64,000 bases of DNA from contig JBGUSX010000143.1 in NCBI GenBank assembly GCA_045132775.1, positions 2,565 through 66,564 of the forward strand. The letters are read 5' to 3'. The notes under the pieces were generated by a model. It was not told where the DNA came from. It saw nothing but the letters and a program-made list of their open reading frames with translations, and ran no database searches. The stretch comes from Eubacteriales bacterium (lineage in GTDB: Bacteria; Bacillota; Clostridia; Oscillospirales; CAG-272). Positions 18,561 through 28,048 of the stretch are shown here, one piece after another (position 1 is the first letter of the stretch; every line of letters begins with the position of its first letter). The position numbers were made by a program, and so were the translations under genes.

Positions 18561-21500
18561 ATTTTGTAACAACGTTGTCGTTTCCGAGAATATTTTTCAA
18601 CTCGGATATAACGTACTCGGTAAAGTATACTCTCTCGCTGTACTCTGAGTACTTCTTGGTGGACATATCGTAGAAGATCACCCTGACGCTTCCCTCATTG
18701 AAAATATCAACAAGATTTTTCGCCTTCTTGAACGTTGCGCATTCCATGTCATTGACTCGCAGATATATCTTTGATACAGCAGTGCTCTGTTGTTCATTAT
18801 TAAAAGGTTGTTGCGACTGTACATTTTGGGGAGACTGAACTCCGGGGTGAACTACGTTTGAAGTGTTGTTCGTAGCCATTCCCGCAGATGCATACATTGA
18901 AAGATACATAGAGAGCGCAGACATCGGATTTGAGGCAGAGACGTCAACGTTATCCGTTACATGATCAGTGTTCAAGGTGTTTTCTTCACTTTGAGGCGCT
19001 TGATATATTTCATTGTCGATAAGCGAGACAAGCGAATTAACAATAATCTTAGGCGGATCGTCGTCTCTGATCGACACAGTTCCCTCAACGAATACAGCAC
19101 CGTCTATATAAAGCTCGTGCGATATCTCGCGGTAAGTCTTTGCAAACGCGATGCACTCTATATCTCCATACCTGTCCTCAAGCTTGAAGAATGCCATCTG
19201 CTCATTATTTCGGGTGGTTTTTACGGTTATCGATGTGATTATTCCTGCAATTCTGACTCTGTCCCGGTCCGAATAGAGCGGCGATGAGTCGGAATCCGTT
19301 TCGGTGATTTCGATAATTCGTATAGGAGAAAGCTCCTCGACGTGATTTGAATAGCTGTCAAGTAAATGTCCCGAAAAATACATTCCGGAAGCCTCTTTTT
19401 CAAGCTTCAGCCTCTCGCGCACACCAAACTCGGGAATGTCGGGATAGTCAAACTCGGGAGCTTCAATTTCACCCGAACCGAACATATCCATCTGCCCTGC
19501 AGGGTTGTTTTTTGTCTTTTGAGTGACGTTGTCGATTATAGTCTCGTAAGATGACAAAAGCTGAGAGCGGTATTTGCCAAGTCCGTCGAATGCGCCGCAC
19601 TTGATCAGAGCCTCGATCTGTCTCTTGTTAAGGTCTGTTATCGCGCACATGCGTTCAACGAAATTGTCAAATGAAACAAATCTACCGCCAAAGGAACGCT
19701 CCTTTATTATAGCCTCGATAAGCTGTTTACCAACGTTTTTCAAAGCAAGCAGACCGTAACGGATATTTCCGTCCTGGGCATCTGCGCTGAAATTAACGCG
19801 GCTGGAGTTGATATCGGGTGGCAAGACGGAAATACCGAATTTGGAGCATTCCGTGATATATTCTGCAACCTTTGTCTGATTGCCCAGCACGCTTGTAAGA
19901 AGCGCGGACATATATTCACCCGTGTAATGCGCTTTGAGGTATGCAGAACGGTAGGAAATGACCGCGTAAGCCGCAGCATGTGCCTTGTTAAAGGCATAAT
20001 TTGCGAAGCTTGCCATATCGTCAAAGAGCTTCTCTGCCTTGTTTCCGTCAATTCCGTTTGAAATTGCACCCTTGATAAAAGCTTCTCGCTCGGATTCAAG
20101 CACGTCGGCTTTCTTTTTCGACATCGCGCGTCTTACAATATCCGCGTGTCCGAACGTGTATCCTGCGATCGTGCGGAAAATGCTCATTACCTGCTCTTGA
20201 TATACCGTACAACCGTAGGTGTTTTTCAAGATCGGCTCAAGCTCTGGCAGATAATAAGATATCTTGGACGGATCGTGCCTGCACTCGACGAACTTCGGGA
20301 TTGAATCCATTGGACCGGGGCGGTAAAGCGAAATTACCGAAATAACATCCTCAATGCTCTCGGGCTTGAGATTCTGCAAGACTTGGCGGATCCCGTCAGA
20401 CTCAAGCTGGAAAATTCCCAAAGCGTCACCGCGTGAGATAAGCTCATAAGTCTTTTTATCGTCGAACGGTATTCTTTCAATGTCAAAATCGGGATAACGC
20501 TCTCTGACCTCTTTTTCCGCATCGCTGATTATCGTAAGATAACGGAGAGCGAGAAAGTCGAACTTCAAAAGTCCGAGATCTGCGATCGTATCCATATCGA
20601 ACTGTGTAACGAGAGTGCCGTTACTGACGGAAAGCGGCACGTAATTGCTGATAGGCTTGTCCGTAATAACAACTCCCGCCGCGTGAACCGATATGTTTCT
20701 CGGCATTCCCTCAAGAGAGATAGCCGTATCAATAAGCTTTCTCACCTGCTCCGAGCCTTCGTAGAGCGTTTTGAGCTCCTTGAAGCGCAGAGCCTGTTTG
20801 AGAGTGATGCCAAGCTCGTTTGGTATCGCTTTAGCAACCACGTCAACGTCAGCGTACGGAATACCCATAACTCGACCGCAATCGCGCACGGCGGCCTTCG
20901 CCGCAAGTGTACCGAAGGTAATTATCTGCGAAACGCATTCTCTGCCGTATTTTTCTACAACGTACTCGATGACCTCGTCTCTGCGGTTGTAGCAGAAATC
21001 CATATCAATATCGGGCATGCTGACTCTCTCAGGGTTGAGAAAACGCTCGAAAAGGAGATCAAACTTGATAGAGTCGATCTCTGTTATTCCAAGTAAAAAT
21101 GCAACGATGCTTCCCGCACCCGAGCCACGTCCGGGACCCACGGGAATACCGGCGCGCTTTGCAAACATTACGTAATCCTGCACGATGAGGAAGTAGTCCG
21201 CATATCCCATTGAATTGATAACCGAAAGCTCATACTCAATTCTCTCAATGTATGCCGACTCACTTCTTTCTACTGTATCTTCAAAAGCTATCTGACCTCG
21301 GTCAAGTCTTCTTTTAAGTCCCTCAAAAGTAAGCTGTCTTAAATAGTCCTCAGCAGAAAGATTGTTCGGACACGGAAATTTCGGGAGATTGACCTTGCCA
21401 AAATCAAGCTCGAGATCGCACATCTCTGCAATCTTTACCGTGTTTTCGATCGCACCCTCGTATTCGGAGTAGATGCGTTTCATCTCCTCCGTTGTTTTTA

Positions 21501-22230
21501 TATAATAATCGTCAACGTCAAAGCTCGGCTTATTTGGACTGTCAAGAGTTGTATTCGTCTGAATGCACATAAGGACCTCTTGCGTCTCGGAGTCGCGCCG
21601 GCGTAAATAATGACAGTCATTGGTTGCTACCATGGGAAGTCCACATTCGCGAGCGAGCCTTGCTAAAAGCGGCATAATGACCTTTGTGTCCTCTGTGCCG
21701 TGATCCTGGAGCTCAATATAGAAATTTCCCTCTCCAAATATTCTTGAGTATTCAAGAGCGGTCTGCTTTGCACCCTCAAAATCGCCGTTTGAAAGAAGTC
21801 TGGGTATCTTTCCCGAAAGGCACGCGGAAAGAGCTATAAGTCCCTCGGAGTACTCGCGCAAAAGCTCCTCATCAACTCTCGGCTTCGAGTAAAAGCCTTC
21901 TGTAAAGCCCTTGGAAACAAGCTTGATGAGATTGTTATAACCCGTCATGTTTTTGCAAAGAAGAACAAGATGGTAATATGAATCTACATTGGCTCTCTTT
22001 TCAAATCTTGACGAGGTAGAAACGTAGACCTCGCAGCCAATAATCGGCTTGATTCCGTTCTTTTTGCAGGTTTTATAGAATTCAATAACACCGTACATGT
22101 TACCGTGATCGGTAATGGCAACAGTATCCTGCGAGCATTCTTTGATTCTCTCGGGGATTTCTGAAATACGGCAAGCGCCGTCAAGCAAGCTGTATTCCGT
22201 GTGCAGATGAAGATGTACAAATTCGCCCAT
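18559..22230 (-). CDS. dnaE: DNA polymerase III alpha subunit
   Basis: 1223 aa with the PHP-domain start MGEFVHLHLHTEYSLLDGA and motifs throughout the polymerase core and OB fold. Confidence 0.95.
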   Translation of the reverse strand: MGEFVHLHLHTEYSLLDGACRISEIPERIKECSQDTVAITDHGNMYGVIEFYKTCKKNGIKPIIGCEVYVSTSSRFEKRANVDSYYHLVLLCKNMTGYNNLIKLVSKGFTEGFYSKPRVDEELLREYSEGLIALSACLSGKIPRLLSNGDFEGAKQTALEYSRIFGEGNFYIELQDHGTEDTKVIMPLLARLARECGLPMVATNDCHYLRRRDSETQEVLMCIQTNTTLDSPNKPSFDVDDYYIKTTEEMKRIYSEYEGAIENTVKIAEMCDLELDFGKVNLPKFPCPNNLSAEDYLRQLTFEGLKRRLDRGQIAFEDTVERSESAYIERIEYELSVINSMGYADYFLIVQDYVMFAKRAGIPVGPGRGSGAGSIVAFLLGITEIDSIKFDLLFERFLNPERVSMPDIDMDFCYNRRDEVIEYVVEKYGRECVSQIITFGTLAAKAAVRDCGRVMGIPYADVDVVAKAIPNELGITLKQALRFKELKTLYEGSEQVRKLIDTAISLEGMPRNISVHAAGVVITDKPISNYVPLSVSNGTLVTQFDMDTIADLGLLKFDFLALRYLTIISDAEKEVRERYPDFDIERIPFDDKKTYELISRGDALGIFQLESDGIRQVLQNLKPESIEDVISVISLYRPGPMDSIPKFVECRHDPSKISYYLPELEPILKNTYGCTVYQEQVMSIFRTIAGYTFGHADIVRRAMSKKKADVLESEREAFIKGAISNGIDGNKAEKLFDDMASFANYAFNKAHAAAYAVISYRSAYLKAHYTGEYMSALLTSVLGNQTKVAEYITECSKFGISVLPPDINSSRVNFSADAQDGNIRYGLLALKNVGKQLIEAIIKERSFGGRFVSFDNFVERMCAITDLNKRQIEALIKCGAFDGLGKYRSQLLSSYETIIDNVTQKTKNNPAGQMDMFGSGEIEAPEFDYPDIPEFGVRERLKLEKEASGMYFSGHLLDSYSNHVEELSPIRIIEITETDSDSSPLYSDRDRVRIAGIITSITVKTTRNNEQMAFFKLEDRYGDIECIAFAKTYREISHELYIDGAVFVEGTVSIRDDDPPKIIVNSLVSLIDNEIYQAPQSEENTLNTDHVTDNVDVSASNPMSALSMYLSMYASAGMATNNTSNVVHPGVQSPQNVQSQQPFNNEQQSTAVSKIYLRVNDMECATFKKAKNLVDIFNEGSVRVIFYDMSTKKYSEYSERVYFTEYVISELKNILGNDNVVTK

Positions 22231-22247
22231 ACGGCACCTCCTTTGTT

Positions 22248-23147
22248 TTATAGTATCAGCTTCAGCTTTTTAGCTTCTTCAATAATCTTTGTGAGTCTGT
22301 GATTAAGTCCGGACTTTGATATATGGGGAACGTGAAGCTCGGCAAGCTCGCCAAGACTCATATCGGGATGTTGAACGCGTAATTCAGCGGTCAGCTTAAG
22401 CTCGCGCGGCAGATCATTATATGCATTTACAGATTTTAATGCCTCAATGGCAGAGATCTGCAGAGCGGTTGCCTCAACGGATTTGGAAATGTTTTTCGCC
22501 ACGCAATTTGTCGCTCTGTTCTCGGAATTGCGCAGATCCTTTTCAAGCGAAGCCTCGAAAAAGGCGAAAAGCGACTTGTTCCCACCGCAAACGGTAATAA
22601 AATCCTCAATGGAAGATTCGTTTCTGTAGAAAAGACCGATACCTCCGTCTCTTTTAGTTGCGGACGGCGGAGATATTTCAGCCTCCTCAATAATATGACA
22701 AAGCAATTTTGCGCGTGCAGAGTTAGCTACACGCATCTCGAGGCTGTATGTTTTTTTAGGATCACTCACACTACCAAATGAGCAAAAGGCTCCCCTTAAA
22801 AAAGCAGAATGGCAATTCTTGCAAGTAAACAAACCGTCAATAGAAGATTCATCGCTAAAATTATCCGCAAAAGCAAGAAATTCACCTATTTTTTTTGAAT
22901 TAAATGATATCTCCGTGCTCTCAAAGCAACCGCGTTTGGTGATCTTGACGTCGGGATTGCATTTGTAGATCGTACCAAGTAATGATATTATCTTTTGCGC
23001 ACTTTCGTCATCCGATACCTTCAGTGAAATGCTCTCCCCTTCATTGCTCGCGGAAAGCAAGGCACCGAAAAGATAAGCCTTTTTACAGCAGTTTCCTTTT
23101 ATCTGTATGCTGTTAAGCTCTTCTTTAACCTGTTTTGAAAAAGACAT
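22248..23147 (-). CDS. whiA: DNA-binding protein WhiA
   Basis: 299 aa with the N-terminus MSFSKQVKEEL...CCKKAYLFGALL and a C-terminal HTH (SKSGLNHRLTKI). Confidence 0.9.
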   Translation of the reverse strand: MSFSKQVKEELNSIQIKGNCCKKAYLFGALLSASNEGESISLKVSDDESAQKIISLLGTIYKCNPDVKITKRGCFESTEISFNSKKIGEFLAFADNFSDESSIDGLFTCKNCHSAFLRGAFCSFGSVSDPKKTYSLEMRVANSARAKLLCHIIEEAEISPPSATKRDGGIGLFYRNESSIEDFITVCGGNKSLFAFFEASLEKDLRNSENRATNCVAKNISKSVEATALQISAIEALKSVNAYNDLPRELKLTAELRVQHPDMSLGELAELHVPHISKSGLNHRLTKIIEEAKKLKLIL

Positions 23148-23166
23148 TTTTGTTTCCTTTTATCGT

Positions 23167-24081
23167 TTAGTTATACGGTACGTAAATTATCTCGCTTTCA
23201 AGCACAACACCGTATTTTTCAAAAATGACCGTTTTAGTGTGTTCAATAAGCGCGAGAACGTCTCTTGAGGTTGCACCGCCAATATTTACGGTAAATCCGG
23301 CGTGTTTTTCGGAAATTTGTGCGCCACCCACGGTGTAGCCCTTGAGTCCTGCATCCTGAATAAGCTTACCAACGAAAATATTTTCTCCGGGACGCTTGAA
23401 CGTACTTCCCGCATTGGGTAAATCAAGCGGCTGTTTTTCCTTCCTCGAGCTCATATTCTTATTCATAAGCTCAAAAATCTTTTCCGAGTCTCCCTCTGTC
23501 AGCCTGAGCGTTGTAGCAACGATTATGTATTCGGGATGCTCCTGGAACACCGAGTACCTATATGCAAGTCGCTGTTCCACATTTGATAGCATATTTATAG
23601 TACCGTCGGAAGTATCCAAATACTCGGTTTCAAAAATGACATCGGACATCTGACCGCCGTAAGCACCCGCATTCATATAGACTGCGCCGCCAACAGTTCC
23701 GGGAATTCCGTAGGCAAATTCAAGACCCGAAAGCGAGTGCTTTTTTCCTGCCTCTCCCGCAAGCTCGGTCAGCATCTTGCCGCATTCAGTTTTCAAATAG
23801 ACCGCACCGTCCCTATGAATATACTCGCACGAGCACATCTTGGTCGTAAAAATCACCACTCCGCAAAAGCCTTGGTCGTCAAAAAGCAGATTGCTTCCGT
23901 TTCCAACAACGATATATCTTTTTTCTTGATTTTTGCACACATTGATCGCAAAAATAAGTTCATCAACGTTCTTCGGAAAAACTGCATAATCTGCGCAGCC
24001 GCCGATCCGAAGGGTCGAGTGCTTGGATAAGGGTTCGCTTATTTTGACTTCTATTTTTTCTCCAAAATCAATAAAACTCAT
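23167..24081 (-). CDS. murB: UDP-N-acetylenolpyruvoylglucosamine reductase
   Basis: 304 aa with the FAD-binding start (LSKHSTLRIGG..), GNGSNLL and GSTFKRP motifs. Confidence 0.9.
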   Translation of the reverse strand: MSFIDFGEKIEVKISEPLSKHSTLRIGGCADYAVFPKNVDELIFAINVCKNQEKRYIVVGNGSNLLFDDQGFCGVVIFTTKMCSCEYIHRDGAVYLKTECGKMLTELAGEAGKKHSLSGLEFAYGIPGTVGGAVYMNAGAYGGQMSDVIFETEYLDTSDGTINMLSNVEQRLAYRYSVFQEHPEYIIVATTLRLTEGDSEKIFELMNKNMSSRKEKQPLDLPNAGSTFKRPGENIFVGKLIQDAGLKGYTVGGAQISEKHAGFTVNIGGATSRDVLALIEHTKTVIFEKYGVVLESEIIYVPYN

Positions 24082-24105
24082 ACGATCTCCTATGTAAGAC
24101 GGCGA

Positions 24106-24795
24106 TCAGCTTAAAAGAACGTCCGCCATTTCGTCAAAATTGTGTACCACGTAGGTCAGATTATAACCATCGGGCAAAGGCTTTTTTGTAGGATTATACC
24201 AGCAGGTGTCGATTCCCGCATTTATTCCGCCCTGCATATCAGAGGTAAGCGAATCTCCGATAATAATTGCTTTACTGGGATCATAATCGGGGATCTGATT
24301 TGTTACCGCTTCAAAATACTTGATACTGGGCTTTTCATAACCGATATCCTCGGAAATAAAGCAACCGTCAAAAAATTTGAATATTGGCGACGGGAAAAGT
24401 CTGCTTTTCTGTATATCCTTCTGTCCGTTTGTTACGATATACATTTTAAATTTGCCGTAAAGCTTCTGACAGAGCTCGAGCGCACCGTCAAGCATATAGG
24501 ACTTTGTTGCAAGACGTTCAATGTATTTGTCGCTTATATCCTGTGCTTTACAATCAAATCCATAAAATTCAATAAGTGATTGCCAACGCGCCGGATAAAG
24601 CTTTTCCTTCTCAATCTCGCCTCTCTCAAGCATTTTCCAATAGCCCGCATTTATTTCGGAATACTTAGATATAACAGTGTCGTTGCTCGGAAGACCGAAA
24701 AACTCAAGACACTCTGTAACCGCTTCGTGCTCGGAGCGATGAAAATCCATAAGTGTTGCATCAGCATCAAATAAAAGGATCGAATATTTTGACAT
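24106..24795 (-). CDS. HAD-superfamily hydrolase (YjjG-like nucleotidase family)
   Basis: 229 aa with HAD motif I LLFDADATLMDF and motif IV IIGDSLTSDMQGG. Confidence 0.75.
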   Translation of the reverse strand: MSKYSILLFDADATLMDFHRSEHEAVTECLEFFGLPSNDTVISKYSEINAGYWKMLERGEIEKEKLYPARWQSLIEFYGFDCKAQDISDKYIERLATKSYMLDGALELCQKLYGKFKMYIVTNGQKDIQKSRLFPSPIFKFFDGCFISEDIGYEKPSIKYFEAVTNQIPDYDPSKAIIIGDSLTSDMQGGINAGIDTCWYNPTKKPLPDGYNLTYVVHNFDEMADVLLS

Positions 24796-24894
24796 TCCTA
24801 AACCGCCTTTAAATATAATATACTAATATTATACAGTATTACAATAAAAAATGCAACACAAAAATAAGATTTCTGCGTTGCAAATTTATTTTTA

Positions 24895-25450
24895 TCAATA
24901 TTTTAGATCGCAGTCGGGACAATAGTCACCGTAGCAGCTATCTCTTGCGCACATCGGGCAGATATGTTGTGCCTCTTCGCGCGTCAGATTTATCGGATAT
25001 CGCGTACCCTTGATGAAATAGATTCTGTCCCCAACCGAGTAAACGCTCGGCGAAATTTTGCTTGAATTAAATGACAGCTTTTTCTTTTTTCTTGCTGTTT
25101 TCAAGTTGCACAGTAACAACGAATGAAGAAACGCCGCGTATATTATCCTTATTCCACCTGGTTCCAACATCAACGTTTCCCGTTCTGATGACTGTTCCCG
25201 TCCAATCTCTTCCGAGCAGATTGTGAAAATAACGGATCTTCCACGCGACTAAAATGAGAACTCCAAGCGTCACTATCACCGATCCAAGTATGTATAAAAA
25301 ACGCGAATTCGCGCTACCGGTGACGATCGCCTTTGAACTTGAAAAATATGATAATAAAACAAGCGCGACGGTCAAGCATATAAGAAAAACAGTCTTTTTT
25401 ATTACAAGAATTCTGACGTGATGCTTTATAGTGTTTTTCAATGTAGCCAT
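24895..25450 (-). pseudogene. Membrane-anchored protein with a C-terminal Cys4 zinc-ribbon, split by a frameshift in an A-run
   Basis: ORFs 25067-25450 (2 TM + beta-rich domain) and 24895-25173 (..CPMC..CPDC..) overlap. The sensible sequence continues across AAGAAAAAAGAAAAAG (25079-25090) only after a +1 shift. Confidence 0.55.
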
Positions 25451-25579
25451 ATATTCGCCCCCTCTTCATAGCTGTACTATAATTATATCACGCAATCAAG
25501 TGATTGTCAATATAATTTTCGCATAAACATCAAAAATGTTTTTTTATTATAAAAAGGTAAGATAATTAGGATTTACCCC

Positions 25580-25608
25580 TTGAAAAAAAAGCAAAAATGA
25601 GTTATAAT
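25580..25608 (+). promoter_or_regulatory. Sigma-A-type promoter of the oxidoreductase gene
   Basis: TTGAAA (25580-25585), a 17-nt spacer and TATAAT (25603-25608). Confidence 0.65.
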
Positions 25609-25639
25609 ATAATGAATATGTTTATTTTGGAGGATAGTG

Positions 25640-26788
25640 ATGGAAAAAGAGTACAAAATTGGTCTGTTGGGATTTGGCTCAATGGGAAAAACACATCTGT
25701 TTTCTGTTACATCGCTTCCCTTCTATTACTCGGGTTGTAATTTTAGCGCCAAATATATTGCGGTGTGTACCTCCAATATGCAAAGTGCCAAAAAGGCTGC
25801 AAACAAATACGCTATTCCCTTTGCGACCGACAGTGAGGAAGAAATAATAAACGATCCTCAAATAGATATTGTTGACATTTGCACTCCAAACATTTACCAT
25901 TACGAGAGTGCAAAAAAAGCAATACTTTCAGGAAAGCACGTTCTTTGCGAAAAGCCGCTTGCAATAAGCGAAGAGCAGGCTTGTGAGCTTGACAGACTCG
26001 CAACCGATGCCTATAAAAAGAACGGTCAGACATGTGGTATGGTTTTCAATAATCGCCATCTGTCTGCAATAAAGCGTGCAAAGCAGCTTATCGAGGACGG
26101 CAGACTTGGTCGCATACTTTCGTTTGATTTCAAATATCTTCACAATAGTTGCCTTGATCCCGAAAGAACACCCGGATGGAAACAAGATGCAAATGTATGC
26201 GGAGCGGGTACGCTCTTCGACCTCGGTGCACACGTCGTTGACCTGTGCAGACACCTCTGCGGAGATTTCCATAGTATCTATTCAAAGGAGCAGATTGCAT
26301 TTCCCGAGCACAAGTTGGCTGACGGGGGCATTTGGAAGACAAACGCGGACGAGGCGGCATACATGATTGCCACCCTCAAATGCGGAGCGGTCGGAAATAT
26401 AACCGTTGGCAAAATAAACATAGGCGAAAACGATGGACTTACCTTCTCGGTCTACGGCACCCTTGGTGCGATCAAGTTTGATCTTATGGAGCCCGATTGG
26501 CTCTGTTTCTACGACTCAACCTTAAGCGGCGGAGCTTATGGCGGAGACAGAGGTTTTACCAGGATCGAGTGTGTCGGACGTTACGAGGCTCCGGGCGGAG
26601 CTTTCCCGTCTCCCAAAGCGCCTAACGGCTGGTTGCGCGGACATATCGGATCAATGTATGCCTTTTTAAATGCGATATACCGTGGTGATCAGGCTTGTCC
26701 CTCATTCAAGGATGGATACGAGGTTCAAAAGGTCCTTAATGCCGCACATGTTTCTCACCTTCAGGGTAGGGAGATAATCATTGAATAA
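25640..26788 (+). CDS. Gfo/Idh/MocA-family NAD(P)-dependent oxidoreductase
   Basis: It has the Rossmann start KIGLLGFGSMGKTH and the EKPLA motif (LCEKPLAISEEQA). Confidence 0.85.
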   Translation: MEKEYKIGLLGFGSMGKTHLFSVTSLPFYYSGCNFSAKYIAVCTSNMQSAKKAANKYAIPFATDSEEEIINDPQIDIVDICTPNIYHYESAKKAILSGKHVLCEKPLAISEEQACELDRLATDAYKKNGQTCGMVFNNRHLSAIKRAKQLIEDGRLGRILSFDFKYLHNSCLDPERTPGWKQDANVCGAGTLFDLGAHVVDLCRHLCGDFHSIYSKEQIAFPEHKLADGGIWKTNADEAAYMIATLKCGAVGNITVGKINIGENDGLTFSVYGTLGAIKFDLMEPDWLCFYDSTLSGGAYGGDRGFTRIECVGRYEAPGGAFPSPKAPNGWLRGHIGSMYAFLNAIYRGDQACPSFKDGYEVQKVLNAAHVSHLQGREIIIE

Positions 26789-26810
26789 ATAACTTCAGAA
26801 AGGAGCAGAT

Positions 26811-27413
26811 ATGACTGTAATAGGTATCACGGGGCCGAGCGGTGCCGGCAAGGGAGCGATTTCCCGAATTCTTAACGAGAAATACGGATTCCCCGTTCTT
26901 GATGCAGACGAAATATATCACTCCTTGGTTTCTGCACCTTCTGATTGCACAAGTGAGATAGAAAAAGAATTCGGAAGCTCTGTAATTCAGAAAGACGGAT
27001 CTCTTGACCGCAAAGCTCTGTCTGTTCTTGTTTTCGGCGAGGAAAATAAAGAAAGGCTTAACCTTCTGAACACAATAACTCATAAGCACGTTGTTGCAGA
27101 GATAGACTCTTCTCTTTCTGCACTTGAAAACAAGGTAAAAGCGTGTGTTATAGATGCCCCCCTTCTCATTGAAGCCGACCTTTGCTCAAAATGTGATCTT
27201 ACTCTTTCGGTTATAGCATCCAAAGAAATAAGAGCTGAAAGAATATCGCAAAGAGACGGTATAGATATGGAGTCGGCGCTCAGACGCATCAACTCCCAAA
27301 AGAAAGACGAATACTACATAAATAATACCGATTATTCAATTTTGAACGACGGTGATCTTCCCCTTCTCACAGCTAAGGTTGAAGAAATAATGCGCGAAAG
27401 GGGGATGATCTGA
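26811..27413 (+). CDS. coaE: Dephospho-CoA kinase
   Basis: 200 aa with P-loop GITGPSGAGKG and family-typical length and layout. Confidence 0.9.
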   Translation: MTVIGITGPSGAGKGAISRILNEKYGFPVLDADEIYHSLVSAPSDCTSEIEKEFGSSVIQKDGSLDRKALSVLVFGEENKERLNLLNTITHKHVVAEIDSSLSALENKVKACVIDAPLLIEADLCSKCDLTLSVIASKEIRAERISQRDGIDMESALRRINSQKKDEYYINNTDYSILNDGDLPLLTAKVEEIMRERGMI

Positions 27414-28016
27414 TTGAGAACAACAAGAAAAAAGACTAATTACGGACTTATCGTTCTTATAGTACTTGTCGTATCAATTCTCTTTGGCTTTCTATTTGAT
27501 ATAGCATTGATGGCGGTTGAAAAGCGCATATATCAAAAGCCTGAGGAGTATGTTCCTTTTGTTGAGCAATACGCAGAAGAATTCGGAGTGCCCGTCGATC
27601 TCGTTTACGCGGTTATCAAGACCGAGAGCGGATTTGACTCATCCGCGGTCTCAAGAAAAGGCGCTATTGGACTGATGCAGATGATGCCCGCGACTTTCGA
27701 ATGGCTGACCGATGATATTTTGCGCGAATATCTCGGCATCGGAATGCTGTATGATCCCGAGACCAACATAAAGTACGGTACATATTACCTATCGCGCCTC
27801 TATAACAGATTCGGCGATTGGGATACTGCTCTTGCTGCATATAACGGTGGCGAGGGTAATGTTTCGGAGTGGCTCAGGGACAAAAAATACAGCGACGACG
27901 GGATCAAACTGAAAACAGACAAGATCCCCGACGAGTTTTCGGAAACGAAGAACTACGTAAAAAAAGTAAACAAGGCTCTGAAAAAATATAAGGAGCTTTA
28001 TAATAGCGAAAAATAA
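27414..28016 (+). CDS. Membrane-anchored lytic transglycosylase (SLT domain)
   Basis: TTG start directly after the coaE stop, with an N-terminal TM. SLT motifs are ESGFDSSAVSRKGAIGLMQMMPATF and AYNGG. Confidence 0.85.
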   Translation: MRTTRKKTNYGLIVLIVLVVSILFGFLFDIALMAVEKRIYQKPEEYVPFVEQYAEEFGVPVDLVYAVIKTESGFDSSAVSRKGAIGLMQMMPATFEWLTDDILREYLGIGMLYDPETNIKYGTYYLSRLYNRFGDWDTALAAYNGGEGNVSEWLRDKKYSDDGIKLKTDKIPDEFSETKNYVKKVNKALKKYKELYNSEK

Positions 28017-28048
28017 ATGAGCACACAGTGCAGGAAAGGAAAATAAAA

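Noticed and set aside
24851-24890. A hairpin (TGCAAC...GTTGCA) followed on the minus strand by TTTTTT lies after the split zinc-ribbon gene. A TTGCAT-17-TATAAT element (24856-24828, minus) lies upstream of the HAD-murB-whiA-dnaE string.
   Set aside because: The stem is only 6-7 bp with a ~19-nt loop and the -35 matches 3/6. The arrangement is plausible, but it is below the confidence I wanted for the feature list.
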